Translations under genes and position numbers: made by a program
Assembly (NCBI GenBank): GCA_964609615.1
Contig: CAZSRL010000002.1
Coordinates: 7,933-71,932, forward strand
DNA length: 64,000 nucleotides
DNA from: an uncultured Muribaculaceae bacterium
Lineage (GTDB): Bacteria > Bacillota_I > Bacilli_A > RF39 > UBA660
Reading direction: 5' to 3'
The notes under the pieces: model-generated
Databases searched by the model: none
What the model was told of the DNA's origin: nothing
The model's input: the letters and a program-made list of their open reading frames with translations, nothing else
Shown here: piece after piece, positions 1 to 9,662 of the stretch
How positions within the stretch are numbered: the first letter of the stretch is position 1
Layout: the number at the start of each line of letters is the position of its first letter

Positions 1-100
1 CCTTTTTTGTAAAATCTTCTCCAAATGTAGTTAAAACACTAAATTTTTTTACCGCTGGAGCAAAATGTAAATTTAATTTTTCTTTGTTTCCATCTTTCAT
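1..100 (-). CDS. hypothetical protein, 5' part only (gene continues past left edge); N-term MKDGNKEKLNLHFAPAVKKFSVLTTF...
   Basis: ATG at 100-98 (minus) preceded by GGAGA RBS (rc of 105-110); open frame to window edge. Confidence 0.4.
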   Translation of the reverse strand, partial: MKDGNKEKLNLHFAPAVKKFSVLTTFGEDFTKK

Positions 101-187
101 AACAAGTCTCCTTTATTCCTTAATATTACAATTATACTAAAAAAATTGTAAAATTTAAAGATTTTTACAAAAATGATATAATTTTGT

Positions 188-217
188 TTGACATTATACA
201 TAAATATATAATATAAT
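188..217 (+). promoter_or_regulatory. sigma-A-like promoter for tRNA-Asn (TTGACA, 18-nt spacer, TATAAT)
   Basis: TTGACA at 188-193 and TATAAT at 212-217, about 14 nt upstream of the tRNA 5' end. Confidence 0.5.
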
Positions 218-230
218 ATTTTATGCAGAT

Positions 231-306
231 GCCTGATTAGCTCAGTTGGTAGAGCGCACGGCTGTTAACCGTTAGGTCGTAGGTCCGAGTCCTACATCAG
301 GCGCCA
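231..306 (+). tRNA. tRNA-Asn (anticodon GTT)
   Basis: Cloverleaf: acceptor GCCTGAT/ATCAGGC, D-loop AGTTGGTAGAGC, anticodon loop CTGTTAA, T-arm GGTCCGAGTCC, encoded CCA. Confidence 0.9.
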
Positions 307-317
307 TTTTAAAAATA

Positions 318-346
318 TTCCACGAAATATCGTGGTTTTTTTGTAT
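318..346 (+). terminator. rho-independent terminator after tRNA-Asn
   Basis: CCACGA-aatat-TCGTGG hairpin followed by a T7 run. Confidence 0.7.
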
Positions 347-387
347 TAAAAAAAAATGATTATAATATACTTAATTGGTGATATACT

Positions 388-1299
388 TTGAAAAAATATA
401 AAACAGTAGGAATCCCAAGAGCACTGCTTTATCATACATATGGTGATTTTTGGTTGTACTTTTTTGATGAATTAAATATTAATTATATTTTAAGCCCAAA
501 ATCTAATAAAAAAATATTAAATAGAGGAATAAAGTTTTCAACAAGTGAATCTTGTTTATCATTAAAACTATTTATAGGGCATATTGATTATTTAAAAAAT
601 AAATGTGATTTAATATTTATTCCTAGAATACAAAAACTAAAATATAATGAAGTTGTTTGTACAAACTTTAATGCTTTATATGATATTACTAAAACTATAT
701 TTCCTAATATTAATATTCTTCATTACAATTTAGATTGCAAAAAGAAAAAAACTGAGTTAAAAGAATTTATAAAAATCGGAAATTATTTTAATAAATCATT
801 TTACACTACTATAAAAGCATATTATAAAGCAAAGAAAAAAGTAAAAGATTCAAATGAAAAAATAAACAATAAAAATAAAAAAATTCTAGACAATAAAAAT
901 AAAAAAATATTATTAGTTGGTCAAAATTATAATATATGCGATGAATTAATAGGAAATGAAGTAAAAAAATTATTATTAAAAGAAAAAGTTGATGTAGTTT
1001 TTAATACAAAAATAGATAATAATCTATATAAAAATCTTATGCCATCAATGTATTTTTCATATTCTAAAAATATTATAAATTCAATTTTAAAATATAAAAA
1101 TAAAGTAAATGGAATAATTTTTATAACAAGTTTCCCATGTGGTTGTGATTCTCTAATAATAGATATGATTAAAATAAAAATAAAGGACATTCCAATATTA
1201 TCTATTGTTTTTGATGATTATATGTCAAATACCGGATTAGTTACAAGAATAGAAAGCTTTGTTGACATTATAAAGGAGAGAGAAAATGTTAAAAATTAG
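388..1299 (+). CDS. CoA-enzyme-activase-associated protein (DUF2229-like), first of three coupled genes
   Basis: N-terminal GIPRALLYHTYGDFW motif typical of the uncharacterised domain found with BadF/BcrA/HgdC ATPases; TTG start; 14-nt overlap with next gene. Confidence 0.55.
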   Translation: MKKYKTVGIPRALLYHTYGDFWLYFFDELNINYILSPKSNKKILNRGIKFSTSESCLSLKLFIGHIDYLKNKCDLIFIPRIQKLKYNEVVCTNFNALYDITKTIFPNINILHYNLDCKKKKTELKEFIKIGNYFNKSFYTTIKAYYKAKKKVKDSNEKINNKNKKILDNKNKKILLVGQNYNICDELIGNEVKKLLLKEKVDVVFNTKIDNNLYKNLMPSMYFSYSKNIINSILKYKNKVNGIIFITSFPCGCDSLIIDMIKIKIKDIPILSIVFDDYMSNTGLVTRIESFVDIIKERENVKN

Positions 1300-2353
1300 T
1301 TTTGCTCATTGTGATAATTATTATTACCCAATATATTATTTATTTAAAAATATTACAAATAAAGATATAATTATTCCACCTACACCTACTAAAAAAACTA
1401 TTGAATTGGGAAATAAATATTCTCCAGAATGTATATGTTTACCATTTAAATATAATTTAGGTAACTTTATAGAAAGTTTAGAAAAAGGGGCAAACACAAT
1501 TATACATGCTGGTGGAGGATGTAAATATGGATATTATCCTGAAGTTCAACAAAGTATATTAAAAGAATTAGGTTATGACTTTAAATTTTATAATCTAGTA
1601 GATAGGAGAGTATTTTCTTTTAAACACATATACAAAATATTTAAAGAAATAAACCCAAATTTAATATTTATTAATTTTGTTAAAACATTTATATATTCAT
1701 TATTAATTACATATTTTATTGATAAAATAGAAAATTATATTAGATTAAATGCAACATTAATAAAAAATAAAGATATAATAGCTAAAACAAAAGAATTAAT
1801 GATTAATTCTTTCATAAATCATAAGAGCATAATAAAACTTATAATTATTTATATTATTTATAGAATTAAATTTAAATTATTAAAAAAAGATAAGTATAAA
1901 AAAACACTAAAAATTGGTATTATTGGTGAACTTTATACTAATATGAATTCTTGTGCAAATAATAATATTGAAGAAAAACTTATTAATATGAATGTAAAAA
2001 TAAAACGTTTTACTAATGCTAGTTATTTACTTGTTTTTAAAAAAATATTTGAACCATTATTATTATTTAAAATTAGAAAATATGCTAAATATAATATGGG
2101 AGCGGATGCACACGATAATATATATAGAATGTTATATCTAAAAAAGAAAAAATATGATGGAGTAATACATATAAAGCCATCTTTTTGTACTCCAGAAATA
2201 GGAGTAATTCCAACTTTAGAAAAAGTAAGTTCCGAAATAAATTTACCAATAATATTTTTAACTCAAGATGTTCAATCTTCTGATGAAGGTGTAAACACAA
2301 GACTTGAAGCATTTTGTGATATGTTATGGATGAGAAAGGACAAAAATGAATAA
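1286..2353 (+). CDS. CoA-enzyme-activase-associated protein (second DUF2229-like/HgdB-like component)
   Basis: GGGCKYGYYPE motif; GGAGAGAG RBS; translationally coupled to flanking genes. Confidence 0.5.
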   Translation: MLKISFAHCDNYYYPIYYLFKNITNKDIIIPPTPTKKTIELGNKYSPECICLPFKYNLGNFIESLEKGANTIIHAGGGCKYGYYPEVQQSILKELGYDFKFYNLVDRRVFSFKHIYKIFKEINPNLIFINFVKTFIYSLLITYFIDKIENYIRLNATLIKNKDIIAKTKELMINSFINHKSIIKLIIIYIIYRIKFKLLKKDKYKKTLKIGIIGELYTNMNSCANNNIEEKLINMNVKIKRFTNASYLLVFKKIFEPLLLFKIRKYAKYNMGADAHDNIYRMLYLKKKKYDGVIHIKPSFCTPEIGVIPTLEKVSSEINLPIIFLTQDVQSSDEGVNTRLEAFCDMLWMRKDKNE

Positions 2354-3290
2354 TTGTTATTTAGGGATTGATGTTGGATCCATTTCAACAAAAGGTGTTA
2401 TTATTGATGAACAATGTAATATAATTGTTAAATCATACATTATGACAGAGGGAAATCCAATGACGTCAATAAAAAAACTTATTAACATTTTAAATACATC
2501 CTTAATAAACAGAAATATTGTTATTAAGGGAATAGGTACTACAGGAAGTGCTAGAAAATTAGTTGGTTCTCTATTAGATGCGAATGTAATAAAAAATGAA
2601 ATAACCGCTCATGCGATAGGAACACTTCATAATCACTCTGATGTAAGAACAATTTTAGAAATTGGGGGTCAGGACTCAAAAATAATATTATTAAAAGATG
2701 GAATCGTAACTGATTATGCAATGAATACCTTATGCGCTGCAGGTACTGGAAGTTTTTTATCTAGTCAAGCAAAACGTTTAGGTATAGATATTAAAGATTT
2801 TAGTTTATTAGCATTAAAAAGTCATAATCCAACTAAAATAGCTGCAAGATGTACTGTATTTGCAGAAAGCGATTTAATACATAAAGCAGAGATAGGTTAT
2901 AAACAAGAGGATATTGTTGCTGGACTTTGTAGAAGTATTGTATTAAATTACTTAAATAATGTAGCAAAAAACAAAAAAATTAAGTTTCCAATTGTATTTC
3001 AAGGTGGAGTTAGTAAAAATAAAGGGGTTGTAAAATTCTTTGAACAAGAGTTAAATGAAAAAATAATTGTTGATGAAAATGGGCCGTTAATGGGAGCTTA
3101 TGGTGTTGCAATACTTGCTAAAGAAAAAAAAGAAAATAAAATATATGATTTAAATATTAAAGATGTAAAATATGAAACTAAAGGAACTGAATGTAGCAAA
3201 TGTCCTAATAATTGTGAAATAGTAAAGGTTTTTAGAGATAATATACTAATAGATGCATATGGAAATAAATGCCCCAATGGATTAGAATAA
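2346..3290 (+). CDS. BadF/BadG/BcrA/BcrD-family ATPase, HgdC-like [4Fe-4S] activator (archerase)
   Basis: LGIDVGSISTKGVII ASKHA N-terminus; cluster-ligand motifs NTLCAAGTGSFL and ARCTVFAESD as in HgdC; C-terminal CxxC..CxxxC. Confidence 0.8.
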   Translation: MNNCYLGIDVGSISTKGVIIDEQCNIIVKSYIMTEGNPMTSIKKLINILNTSLINRNIVIKGIGTTGSARKLVGSLLDANVIKNEITAHAIGTLHNHSDVRTILEIGGQDSKIILLKDGIVTDYAMNTLCAAGTGSFLSSQAKRLGIDIKDFSLLALKSHNPTKIAARCTVFAESDLIHKAEIGYKQEDIVAGLCRSIVLNYLNNVAKNKKIKFPIVFQGGVSKNKGVVKFFEQELNEKIIVDENGPLMGAYGVAILAKEKKENKIYDLNIKDVKYETKGTECSKCPNNCEIVKVFRDNILIDAYGNKCPNGLE

Positions 3291-3292
3291 AA

Positions 3293-3322
3293 AACTACCC
3301 TTTTAAAGGGTAGTTTTTCAGA
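3293..3322 (+). terminator. rho-independent terminator after the activase operon
   Basis: ACTACCCTTTTAAAGGGTAGT hairpin plus T-run. Confidence 0.6.
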
Positions 3323-3324
3323 AA

Positions 3325-4010
3325 CCCTATAAGGGTATATTACTGGCTAGCACCACATGGTGCTTTTTTTGTCTGCCAATTGCCTTTGTCACTCTTGCTA
3401 TCCCTTGAAGGGATCCTTATATTCTTTTATGCTTCTTTTATCTTTTATTGCATCTTCTGTTTCTTGTTCTCTTATATATTTTTTGATTGTTGCTTTATTT
3501 AGTCCTACTGTACTCACATAATATCCTTCGCTCCAAAAATGTCTATTCCCATAATTGTATTTTAAATTTGCATGTTCATCAAATACCATCAATGCACTTT
3601 TTCCCTTTAAATATCCCATGAAACTTGATATACTCATTTTAGGTGGAATTTTTACTAGCATATGAATATGATCTATACACGCATTAGCTTCTATTATTTC
3701 CGCTCCCTTATAATCGCATAATCTTCGTAAATATTTTCCTATATCACTTCTTATTTTTCCATATATTGCTTTTCTTCTATATTTTGGAACAAATACTATA
3801 TGGTATTGGCAATTCCACACTGTATGAGACAGTGAACTATCGTCATCATTTTTTATTCTCATAAATTTTATCCTCCTTTTGATTTTTAGGCAGTCGGCAG
3901 ACTACTTTCATTATATCAAAAGGAGAATAAAGTTTGTATTAACGCTTCCGCTATTATATTCTCACGTGCATAGCACGTGGTTTTAAATCTCGACCAAGTA
4001 GGTCGAGATA
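3325..4010 (-). mobile_element. IS200/IS605-family insertion sequence (tnpA only), boundaries approximate
   Basis: Single Y1/HUH transposase ORF flanked by subterminal hairpins (AGCACCAcatGGTGCT at about 3350; CACGTGCataGCACGTG at about 3963; TCTCGACCaagtaGGTCGAGA at about 3986). Confidence 0.7.
3398..3862 (-). CDS. tnpA: IS200-like transposase TnpA (Y1 HUH)
   Basis: 154 aa; HUH motif IDHIHMLV; catalytic Tyr region ...YIREQE; typical size for this family. Confidence 0.85.
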   Translation of the reverse strand: MRIKNDDDSSLSHTVWNCQYHIVFVPKYRRKAIYGKIRSDIGKYLRRLCDYKGAEIIEANACIDHIHMLVKIPPKMSISSFMGYLKGKSALMVFDEHANLKYNYGNRHFWSEGYYVSTVGLNKATIKKYIREQETEDAIKDKRSIKEYKDPFKG

Positions 4011-4011
4011 A

Positions 4012-4040
4012 TAAAAAAAATCCTTTAACAGGATTTTTTA
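4012..4040. terminator. bidirectional hairpin terminator
   Basis: A8-ATCCTTTAACAGGAT-T6. Confidence 0.6.
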
Positions 4041-4041
4041 T

Positions 4042-4581
4042 TTAATAATTAAAAGCTTTAATTTCCATATAACTTTCTGGATGATTGCATATTGGACAAA
4101 CTTTTAAAGCAGTTGTTCCTCTATAAACATGTCCACAATTTCTACATATCCATATAACTTCTTCTTCTTTTTTAAATACTTTATCATTATTAATGTTATC
4201 TAATAATTTTTTATATCTTTCTTCATGAGCTTTTTCTATTTCGCCAACTCCAGTAAAAAGTCTTGCAATTTCTTCAAAGCCTTCTTCCTTTGCAACTTTT
4301 GCAAATTCAGAATACATTTGAGTCCATTCATAGTTTTCTCCTGCAGCAGCATCTTCTAAATTACGAACTGTATTAGGAATACTACCATCATTTAGCTGTT
4401 TAAACCATAACTTAGCATGTTCTTTTTCATTTCTAGCAGTTTCTTCAAAAATACCCGCCACTTGTTCAAAACCATCTTTTTTTGCTTTAGATGCATAATA
4501 ATCATATTTATTTCTTGCTTGGCTTTCACCAGCAAAAGCAGTTAACAAATTTTGTTCTGTCTTGCTTCCTTTTAATTCCAT
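4042..4581 (-). CDS. rbr: rubrerythrin
   Basis: Ferritin-like di-iron E..H motifs plus C-terminal rubredoxin CRNCG...CPIC. Confidence 0.9.
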   Translation of the reverse strand: MELKGSKTEQNLLTAFAGESQARNKYDYYASKAKKDGFEQVAGIFEETARNEKEHAKLWFKQLNDGSIPNTVRNLEDAAAGENYEWTQMYSEFAKVAKEEGFEEIARLFTGVGEIEKAHEERYKKLLDNINNDKVFKKEEEVIWICRNCGHVYRGTTALKVCPICNHPESYMEIKAFNY

Positions 4582-4669
4582 ATTTTATCTCCTCCTATAA
4601 TTTATTATATCACATCACATTTTAAAAATATATTTATATTTAAAACATAATATTTTATGAGGAGATAAT

Positions 4670-5053
4670 ATGGACTTTGATAAACTAAATAATGCATCTC
4701 CGTTTTTATTCACAGCGTCTGCAGTCCTTGCGGGGTTTCTTTTAATAGATGATATGACAGCAAACGAACAAAACGCCATCTCAGGATGGTTTTTATTGCT
4801 TGGCCAAATACTGCAAACAAATGCAGCACAACAATTGCTTTTACAAGCAAGAGCAACAGGAGGAGCCCCAAATTTAAATGATAAAAATGTAAAAGAGATT
4901 TACAATCCTCTTTTTTATGACATAGGAAAATTAAAAGAGGTTCTAAAAAATGTAACACCAACTGAACAAGACTATACAATTAATCTTTTAAAAAGAACTA
5001 TGCGCAATCTTCAAAATCAAGTAAATGACATAGAAAAAGAATTAAATAAATAA
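4670..5053 (+). CDS. hypothetical protein (127 aa)
   Basis: ORF with RBS GAGGAGATAATATG; locally higher GC than surroundings; no family recognised. Confidence 0.45.
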   Translation: MDFDKLNNASPFLFTASAVLAGFLLIDDMTANEQNAISGWFLLLGQILQTNAAQQLLLQARATGGAPNLNDKNVKEIYNPLFYDIGKLKEVLKNVTPTEQDYTINLLKRTMRNLQNQVNDIEKELNK

Positions 5054-5054
5054 A

Positions 5055-5090
5055 GAATCAAAATAGCTAATTATTTTGATTCTTTATATC
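5055..5090. terminator. bidirectional terminator
   Basis: AAGAATCAAAAT-agctaatt-ATTTTGATTCTT hairpin. Confidence 0.6.
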
Positions 5091-6873
5091 TTAATTTATC
5101 ATCTAATATTTTTTTTCTAAGTCTTATTACTTTTGGAGTGATTTCTACATATTCATCCTCATTAATAAACTCTAGTGCTTCTTCTAAAGTGAATTTTTTT
5201 GGTTTAGTCAAAGTTAAAGCTTCATCAGCTCCAGAACTTCTTGTATTTGTTAATTGTTTATTTTTACATGGATTAACATTTAAATCATTTTCTCTATTAT
5301 TTATTCCTATAATCATTCCCTTATAAACTTCATCAGAAGGATTAATAATCATAATACCCCTATCTGATAAATTCCATAATGAATATGCCATTGATTTTCC
5401 ATCTTCCATAGAAACAAGTACTCCGTTTTTACGTCCTCTTATTTCTCCAACATAAGGCATATAAGAATTAAATGCTCTTACCATTACTCCTTCTCCTTTA
5501 GAATTTGTAATAAAATTACTTCTATAACCTATTAATCCTCTAGTTGGAACCAAATAATTTAGTTTTGTATGACCATTTTCTTCAATCATACCTTGCATTA
5601 TACCTTTTCTTTCATTTAAGTCATTTATTATTGTTCCTGAATAATCATTCGGAACATTAATAAATACATTTTCAAATGGTTCACATTTTTTTCCTTCAAT
5701 ATTTTTATATAAAACTTCAGGTTTTGATACAGAAAGTTCATAACCTTCTCTTCTCATTTTTTCAAGCAATATAGACAAATGTAATTCTCCTCTACCTGAT
5801 ACTTTGAAACCATCAGCTTTTTCTAATTCTTGAACTTCTAATCCCACATTTGTTTCTAGTTCTTTATCTAATCTTTCTTTTATGTGTCTATTAGTTAAAA
5901 ATTTTCCATCTTTTCCAGCAAATGGTGAAGAATTTACTAAAAAATTCATAGACATAGTTGGTTTTTCTATTTCTATACTAGGTAGGGCTTCTATATAATC
6001 TTTATCACAAATTGTATCCCCAATAGAAATATCAGGAGATAATGAGACTATAACAATTTCTCCACACCTAGCGCTATCAACTTCTTTTTTGTTGATTCCT
6101 TCATTAACATAAAGTTTTGATATTTTAGCATTTTCAAGTGTACCATCGTTTTTAGAAATTGCTACTTGCATATTTTTTTTAAGTATTCCCTTATTTATTT
6201 TACCAACTGCTAATCTTCCAATATAATCATCATATTCTAATGATGAAACTTGAAATTGAAGAGGTTTATTTTCATTTTCTTCATTATTTACTTTTGTATG
6301 TTCAACAATAACATCTAAAAGTGGCAATATATCATTTCCTTCCTCAGAAACATCTAATGTTGCAACTCCATCTCTTGCTGAACCATATACAATAGGAAAA
6401 TCTAATTGTGAATTATTAGCGTCTAAATCACAAAATAAATCAAATGTCATATTTACAACATCATCGATTCTAGCATCTTTTTTATCAATTTTATTGATAA
6501 ATAAAATAGGATTAATATTATTAGTTAATGCTTTTTCCAATACAAATCTAGTTTGAGGCATTGGTCCTTCTGCACTATCTACTAAAAGAACAACAGTATC
6601 TACTGTTCTCATTACTCTTTCAACTTCACTTGAAAAATCAGCATGACCTGGTGTATCTACTATATTTATTTTATAATCCTTATATCTTATAGAACAATTT
6701 TTAGAATAAATTGTTATTCCACGTTCTCTTTCTAAATCATTACTATCCATAACTTGATCATTTACAACTTCATTTTCTCTAAAAACACCTGTTTGATTCA
6801 AAAGAGCATCAACAAGTGTACTTTTTCCCACATCAACGTGAGCTACCATTGCTATATTTATTATTTTTTCCAT
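5071..6873 (-). CDS. typA: translational GTPase TypA/BipA
   Basis: G-domain AHVDVGKST, DTPGHADF, NKID; EF-G-like domains; start moved to internal ATG (MEKIINIAMVAHVD). Confidence 0.9.
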   Translation of the reverse strand: MEKIINIAMVAHVDVGKSTLVDALLNQTGVFRENEVVNDQVMDSNDLERERGITIYSKNCSIRYKDYKINIVDTPGHADFSSEVERVMRTVDTVVLLVDSAEGPMPQTRFVLEKALTNNINPILFINKIDKKDARIDDVVNMTFDLFCDLDANNSQLDFPIVYGSARDGVATLDVSEEGNDILPLLDVIVEHTKVNNEENENKPLQFQVSSLEYDDYIGRLAVGKINKGILKKNMQVAISKNDGTLENAKISKLYVNEGINKKEVDSARCGEIVIVSLSPDISIGDTICDKDYIEALPSIEIEKPTMSMNFLVNSSPFAGKDGKFLTNRHIKERLDKELETNVGLEVQELEKADGFKVSGRGELHLSILLEKMRREGYELSVSKPEVLYKNIEGKKCEPFENVFINVPNDYSGTIINDLNERKGIMQGMIEENGHTKLNYLVPTRGLIGYRSNFITNSKGEGVMVRAFNSYMPYVGEIRGRKNGVLVSMEDGKSMAYSLWNLSDRGIMIINPSDEVYKGMIIGINNRENDLNVNPCKNKQLTNTRSSGADEALTLTKPKKFTLEEALEFINEDEYVEITPKVIRLRKKILDDKLRYKESK

Positions 6874-6936
6874 TACTTCATCTTCTTCCGCGATAATGAT
6901 AATAACACAAAAATGATAAAAGTACAAGAAAAAAGA

Positions 6937-7641
6937 CTACAAATCGCAGTCTAATATTATATTATAAGAATAATTTGTTTGTTTTTTCTTTATTTGTTTT
7001 TCTACAACAAGTTCAACTCTGGTATTTACTTTGTTACACTTATATTTTTCAAAAATTGAAACATCTGAATGTAATTTATCTTCTAAATCATCTAAACTAA
7101 GAGAATAAACACCCTCGCTTACTCCACCCTTCATCCATGAATCCGTTTCAAAATACTGTTTTCCAAACTCTTTTAATTTAAATTGAAGTCTATTTTCTAC
7201 GTCACTTACTTTTAAAAATGATATTCCAAATATTATTATTAAAATTATACCTAAAATTATAGAAGAATAGTATATTTCTTTTTTCTTTTTATAATTATCA
7301 TAATAATATATTCCAATACCTAATAATACCAACCCTAATACAAATACTATTATTGCAAGAATACCAGTTGTTAAACTATATGAACTACACAAATATATAA
7401 AGGAACCAACAAATAATTTAATTGTAAAAATGATTCCTAATACTATTCCAGCGATTGGATAAAACAATTTGTTTTTATCTTTAATAGATTCAAATAAACC
7501 AACAATACAAAGTAATAATCCAGCAAGAGCAATAACCTCAAATAATTCCCACACTATAAATAATATTCCAAACACTGTTAGAAAAAAACCTATTATACTT
7601 TTTTTATTATTGTTTACTTTTTCTTTTTTTTCTTTTCTCAT
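6937..7641 (-). CDS. hypothetical multi-pass membrane protein
   Basis: 4-5 predicted TM helices with a soluble C-terminal domain. Confidence 0.5.
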   Translation of the reverse strand: MRKEKKEKVNNNKKSIIGFFLTVFGILFIVWELFEVIALAGLLLCIVGLFESIKDKNKLFYPIAGIVLGIIFTIKLFVGSFIYLCSSYSLTTGILAIIVFVLGLVLLGIGIYYYDNYKKKKEIYYSSIILGIILIIIFGISFLKVSDVENRLQFKLKEFGKQYFETDSWMKGGVSEGVYSLSLDDLEDKLHSDVSIFEKYKCNKVNTRVELVVEKQIKKKQTNYSYNIILDCDL

Positions 7642-7692
7642 ACTTTTCTCCTATTATAATTATATCAAATATAAATATGTTTGAAAATAAAA

Positions 7693-8427
7693 TTATAAAA
7701 ATTCTTTTTTATTATAACTAATTAAACTTAATAAATAAAATATAAAAATTATTACAAATGATAAAATAATATTAAATATACTATATGTTTCATTCGTTAT
7801 AATATCTCTTGATGAAAATAATTCAAAAACACTTAGATTTTTTATAAATTCAAAACTCACACTTAATCCTCCTATTATTTGTAAAAAATACATTATAAAT
7901 ACAAATACTATCGCAAGAGATGTGGTTAATTTTGTGTTTCTAAAAAATGTAGATAAGAATAAACAAATAAAGTAAATAACATAATCAATAAATAAAGGCG
8001 CTATAAATAACAAAAAGAATGTTTTATAATGCATATCATCACTTATAGTTAAAGCAATAAAGTTAAATATCATAAATATTATGTTAAAAACAAATATACT
8101 TAAACAACAAGCTATAACTTTATTATTTAAGATTTTTGTTTTGCTTATTGGTTTAGAATATAAAAATTCTATAGTACCATCATTTTCTTCCTTAACAAGA
8201 CAATTAAAGCCAAGAAGTGAAGCAAATATTCCTGATATTAACAATAAAAATGTATAACCTTCAGTTTTTATCCAACCAAATACAGAATTAATTGAAACAA
8301 TATCCATATTGAATGTTTTCATCATTTCTTTTGGCATTGTTTTCATCATTTCATTTAAAGCACTTATATTTACTTCACTTATAATACTTGGATATATTAA
8401 ATATACAAGTAAGAACATTAAAGACAT
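7693..8427 (-). CDS. ABC-2 family transporter permease
   Basis: 6-TM hydrophobic protein directly downstream of an ABC ATPase. Confidence 0.6.
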   Translation of the reverse strand: MSLMFLLVYLIYPSIISEVNISALNEMMKTMPKEMMKTFNMDIVSINSVFGWIKTEGYTFLLLISGIFASLLGFNCLVKEENDGTIEFLYSKPISKTKILNNKVIACCLSIFVFNIIFMIFNFIALTISDDMHYKTFFLLFIAPLFIDYVIYFICLFLSTFFRNTKLTTSLAIVFVFIMYFLQIIGGLSVSFEFIKNLSVFELFSSRDIITNETYSIFNIILSFVIIFIFYLLSLISYNKKEFL

Positions 8428-8483
8428 AAATGCAAGCCATATAAAACATGTTTTTAAATTATTTTTTAATTCATATTTAATTA

Positions 8484-9359
8484 TTATTCTTCTCCCTTAT
8501 AATACTCAATTAATTTATCTTCAAATAGTTTATTTTCAATAATTAAACTATCTAAAGTATATTTATTAAGAATTTTTAATAATTTATTAATATCACCATC
8601 ATATTCAAAATTAATAACATTATCTTTAATATTTAATTTTTCATTTTTTAATTCCCTTTTAATATGGTTAACATCTTTTTTAGATTTAATAATAACTTCT
8701 TGTTTGCCTTCTTTTTCTATGGCTAGTTCTTCAATAATATTACCTTTTTTTATTAATATAACTCTATCACATACTTTATTAACATCACTCAAAATATGAG
8801 TTGAAAATAAAATAGCGGCTCCTCTTTTCTTTTCTTCTTTTATTATTTCAATAAATTTTTCTTGAATTAAAGGATCTAATCCATTAGTAGGTTCGTCTAA
8901 TATTATTAAATCAGGCTCATGCATTAGAGAAAGAACTATACCTATTTTTTTTAAATTACCCATTGATAATTCTTTTATTTTTTTATTAATATTTAAATCT
9001 AATTTTTTAGAAAATTCTAAAGCTTTTGTCACGCAATCTTTCTTATAAAAGTTATTATTATAATTTATAATTTCCTTTACTTTCATATTTTCATATAGAT
9101 TTATTTCACTTGGCAAATATCCGATTTTTTCTTTTAAACTATAATCTTTATTAATATATATTTTATTATTTATTAATACACTTCCACTATTAATTTTTAA
9201 ATATTTCATAATAGATCTAATAGTTGTACTTTTACCACTTCCGTTTGGTCCTATAAAACCGACAACTTCACTTTTGTTTACATTGAAAGTAATATTTTCA
9301 CAACCTTTAGAATTTCCATAAAATTTTGTAACTTTATTTAACCCTAACATATATTTCAC
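8484..9359 (-). CDS. ABC transporter ATP-binding protein
   Basis: Walker A GPNGSGKST; LSMGNLKK signature; Walker B ILDEPTNGLD. Confidence 0.85.
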   Translation of the reverse strand: MKYMLGLNKVTKFYGNSKGCENITFNVNKSEVVGFIGPNGSGKSTTIRSIMKYLKINSGSVLINNKIYINKDYSLKEKIGYLPSEINLYENMKVKEIINYNNNFYKKDCVTKALEFSKKLDLNINKKIKELSMGNLKKIGIVLSLMHEPDLIILDEPTNGLDPLIQEKFIEIIKEEKKRGAAILFSTHILSDVNKVCDRVILIKKGNIIEELAIEKEGKQEVIIKSKKDVNHIKRELKNEKLNIKDNVINFEYDGDINKLLKILNKYTLDSLIIENKLFEDKLIEYYKGEE

Positions 9360-9512
9360 CTGCTTATCTCTTATATAATTATATCATAAAATTAAAAAAT
9401 TATATTATATGGTTTACAATAATTTCTTTAAAAATAATATGTTCATAAAATAATATAGAAAGAGGATGATAATATTAATAAAAATGTAATAAAAGGTATT
9501 ATTTCAATAATA

Positions 9513-9662
9513 ATGACAATTGCTTTATGTGCTTTATTGTTTGTTCCTAGCACACCTCCAAAAGAATTATTTGCTTTGTTTTGTACTAGCTACGGATCAG
9601 TTATAACTTTCTTCTTTACAAAAAGAACTCTATGTAGTAAGGATGATGAAAATAAAGATTAA
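9513..9662 (+). CDS. small hydrophobic protein (52 aa), holin-like candidate
   Basis: MTIALCALLFVPSTPPKELFALFCTSYGSVITFFF...KDDENKD; overlaps start of downstream peptidase; no clear RBS. Confidence 0.25.
   Translation: MTIALCALLFVPSTPPKELFALFCTSYGSVITFFFTKRTLCSKDDENKD

Noticed and set aside
927-1190. Numerous 60-160-aa ORFs antisense to or embedded in long genes (e.g. 927-1190, 15114-15605, 42189-42623, 42900-43325, 50493-50828, 59162-59449)
   Set aside because: They are low-complexity, Phe/Leu/Ile-rich shadows of AT-rich coding DNA, fully contained in well-supported genes on the other strand and lacking RBSs
3955-3985. CACGTG-containing hairpins near the IS200 ends as additional parS sites
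   Set aside because: Only the CACGTG core is shared and the flanking TGTTC/GAACA arms are absent; they fit IS200 subterminal hairpins instead
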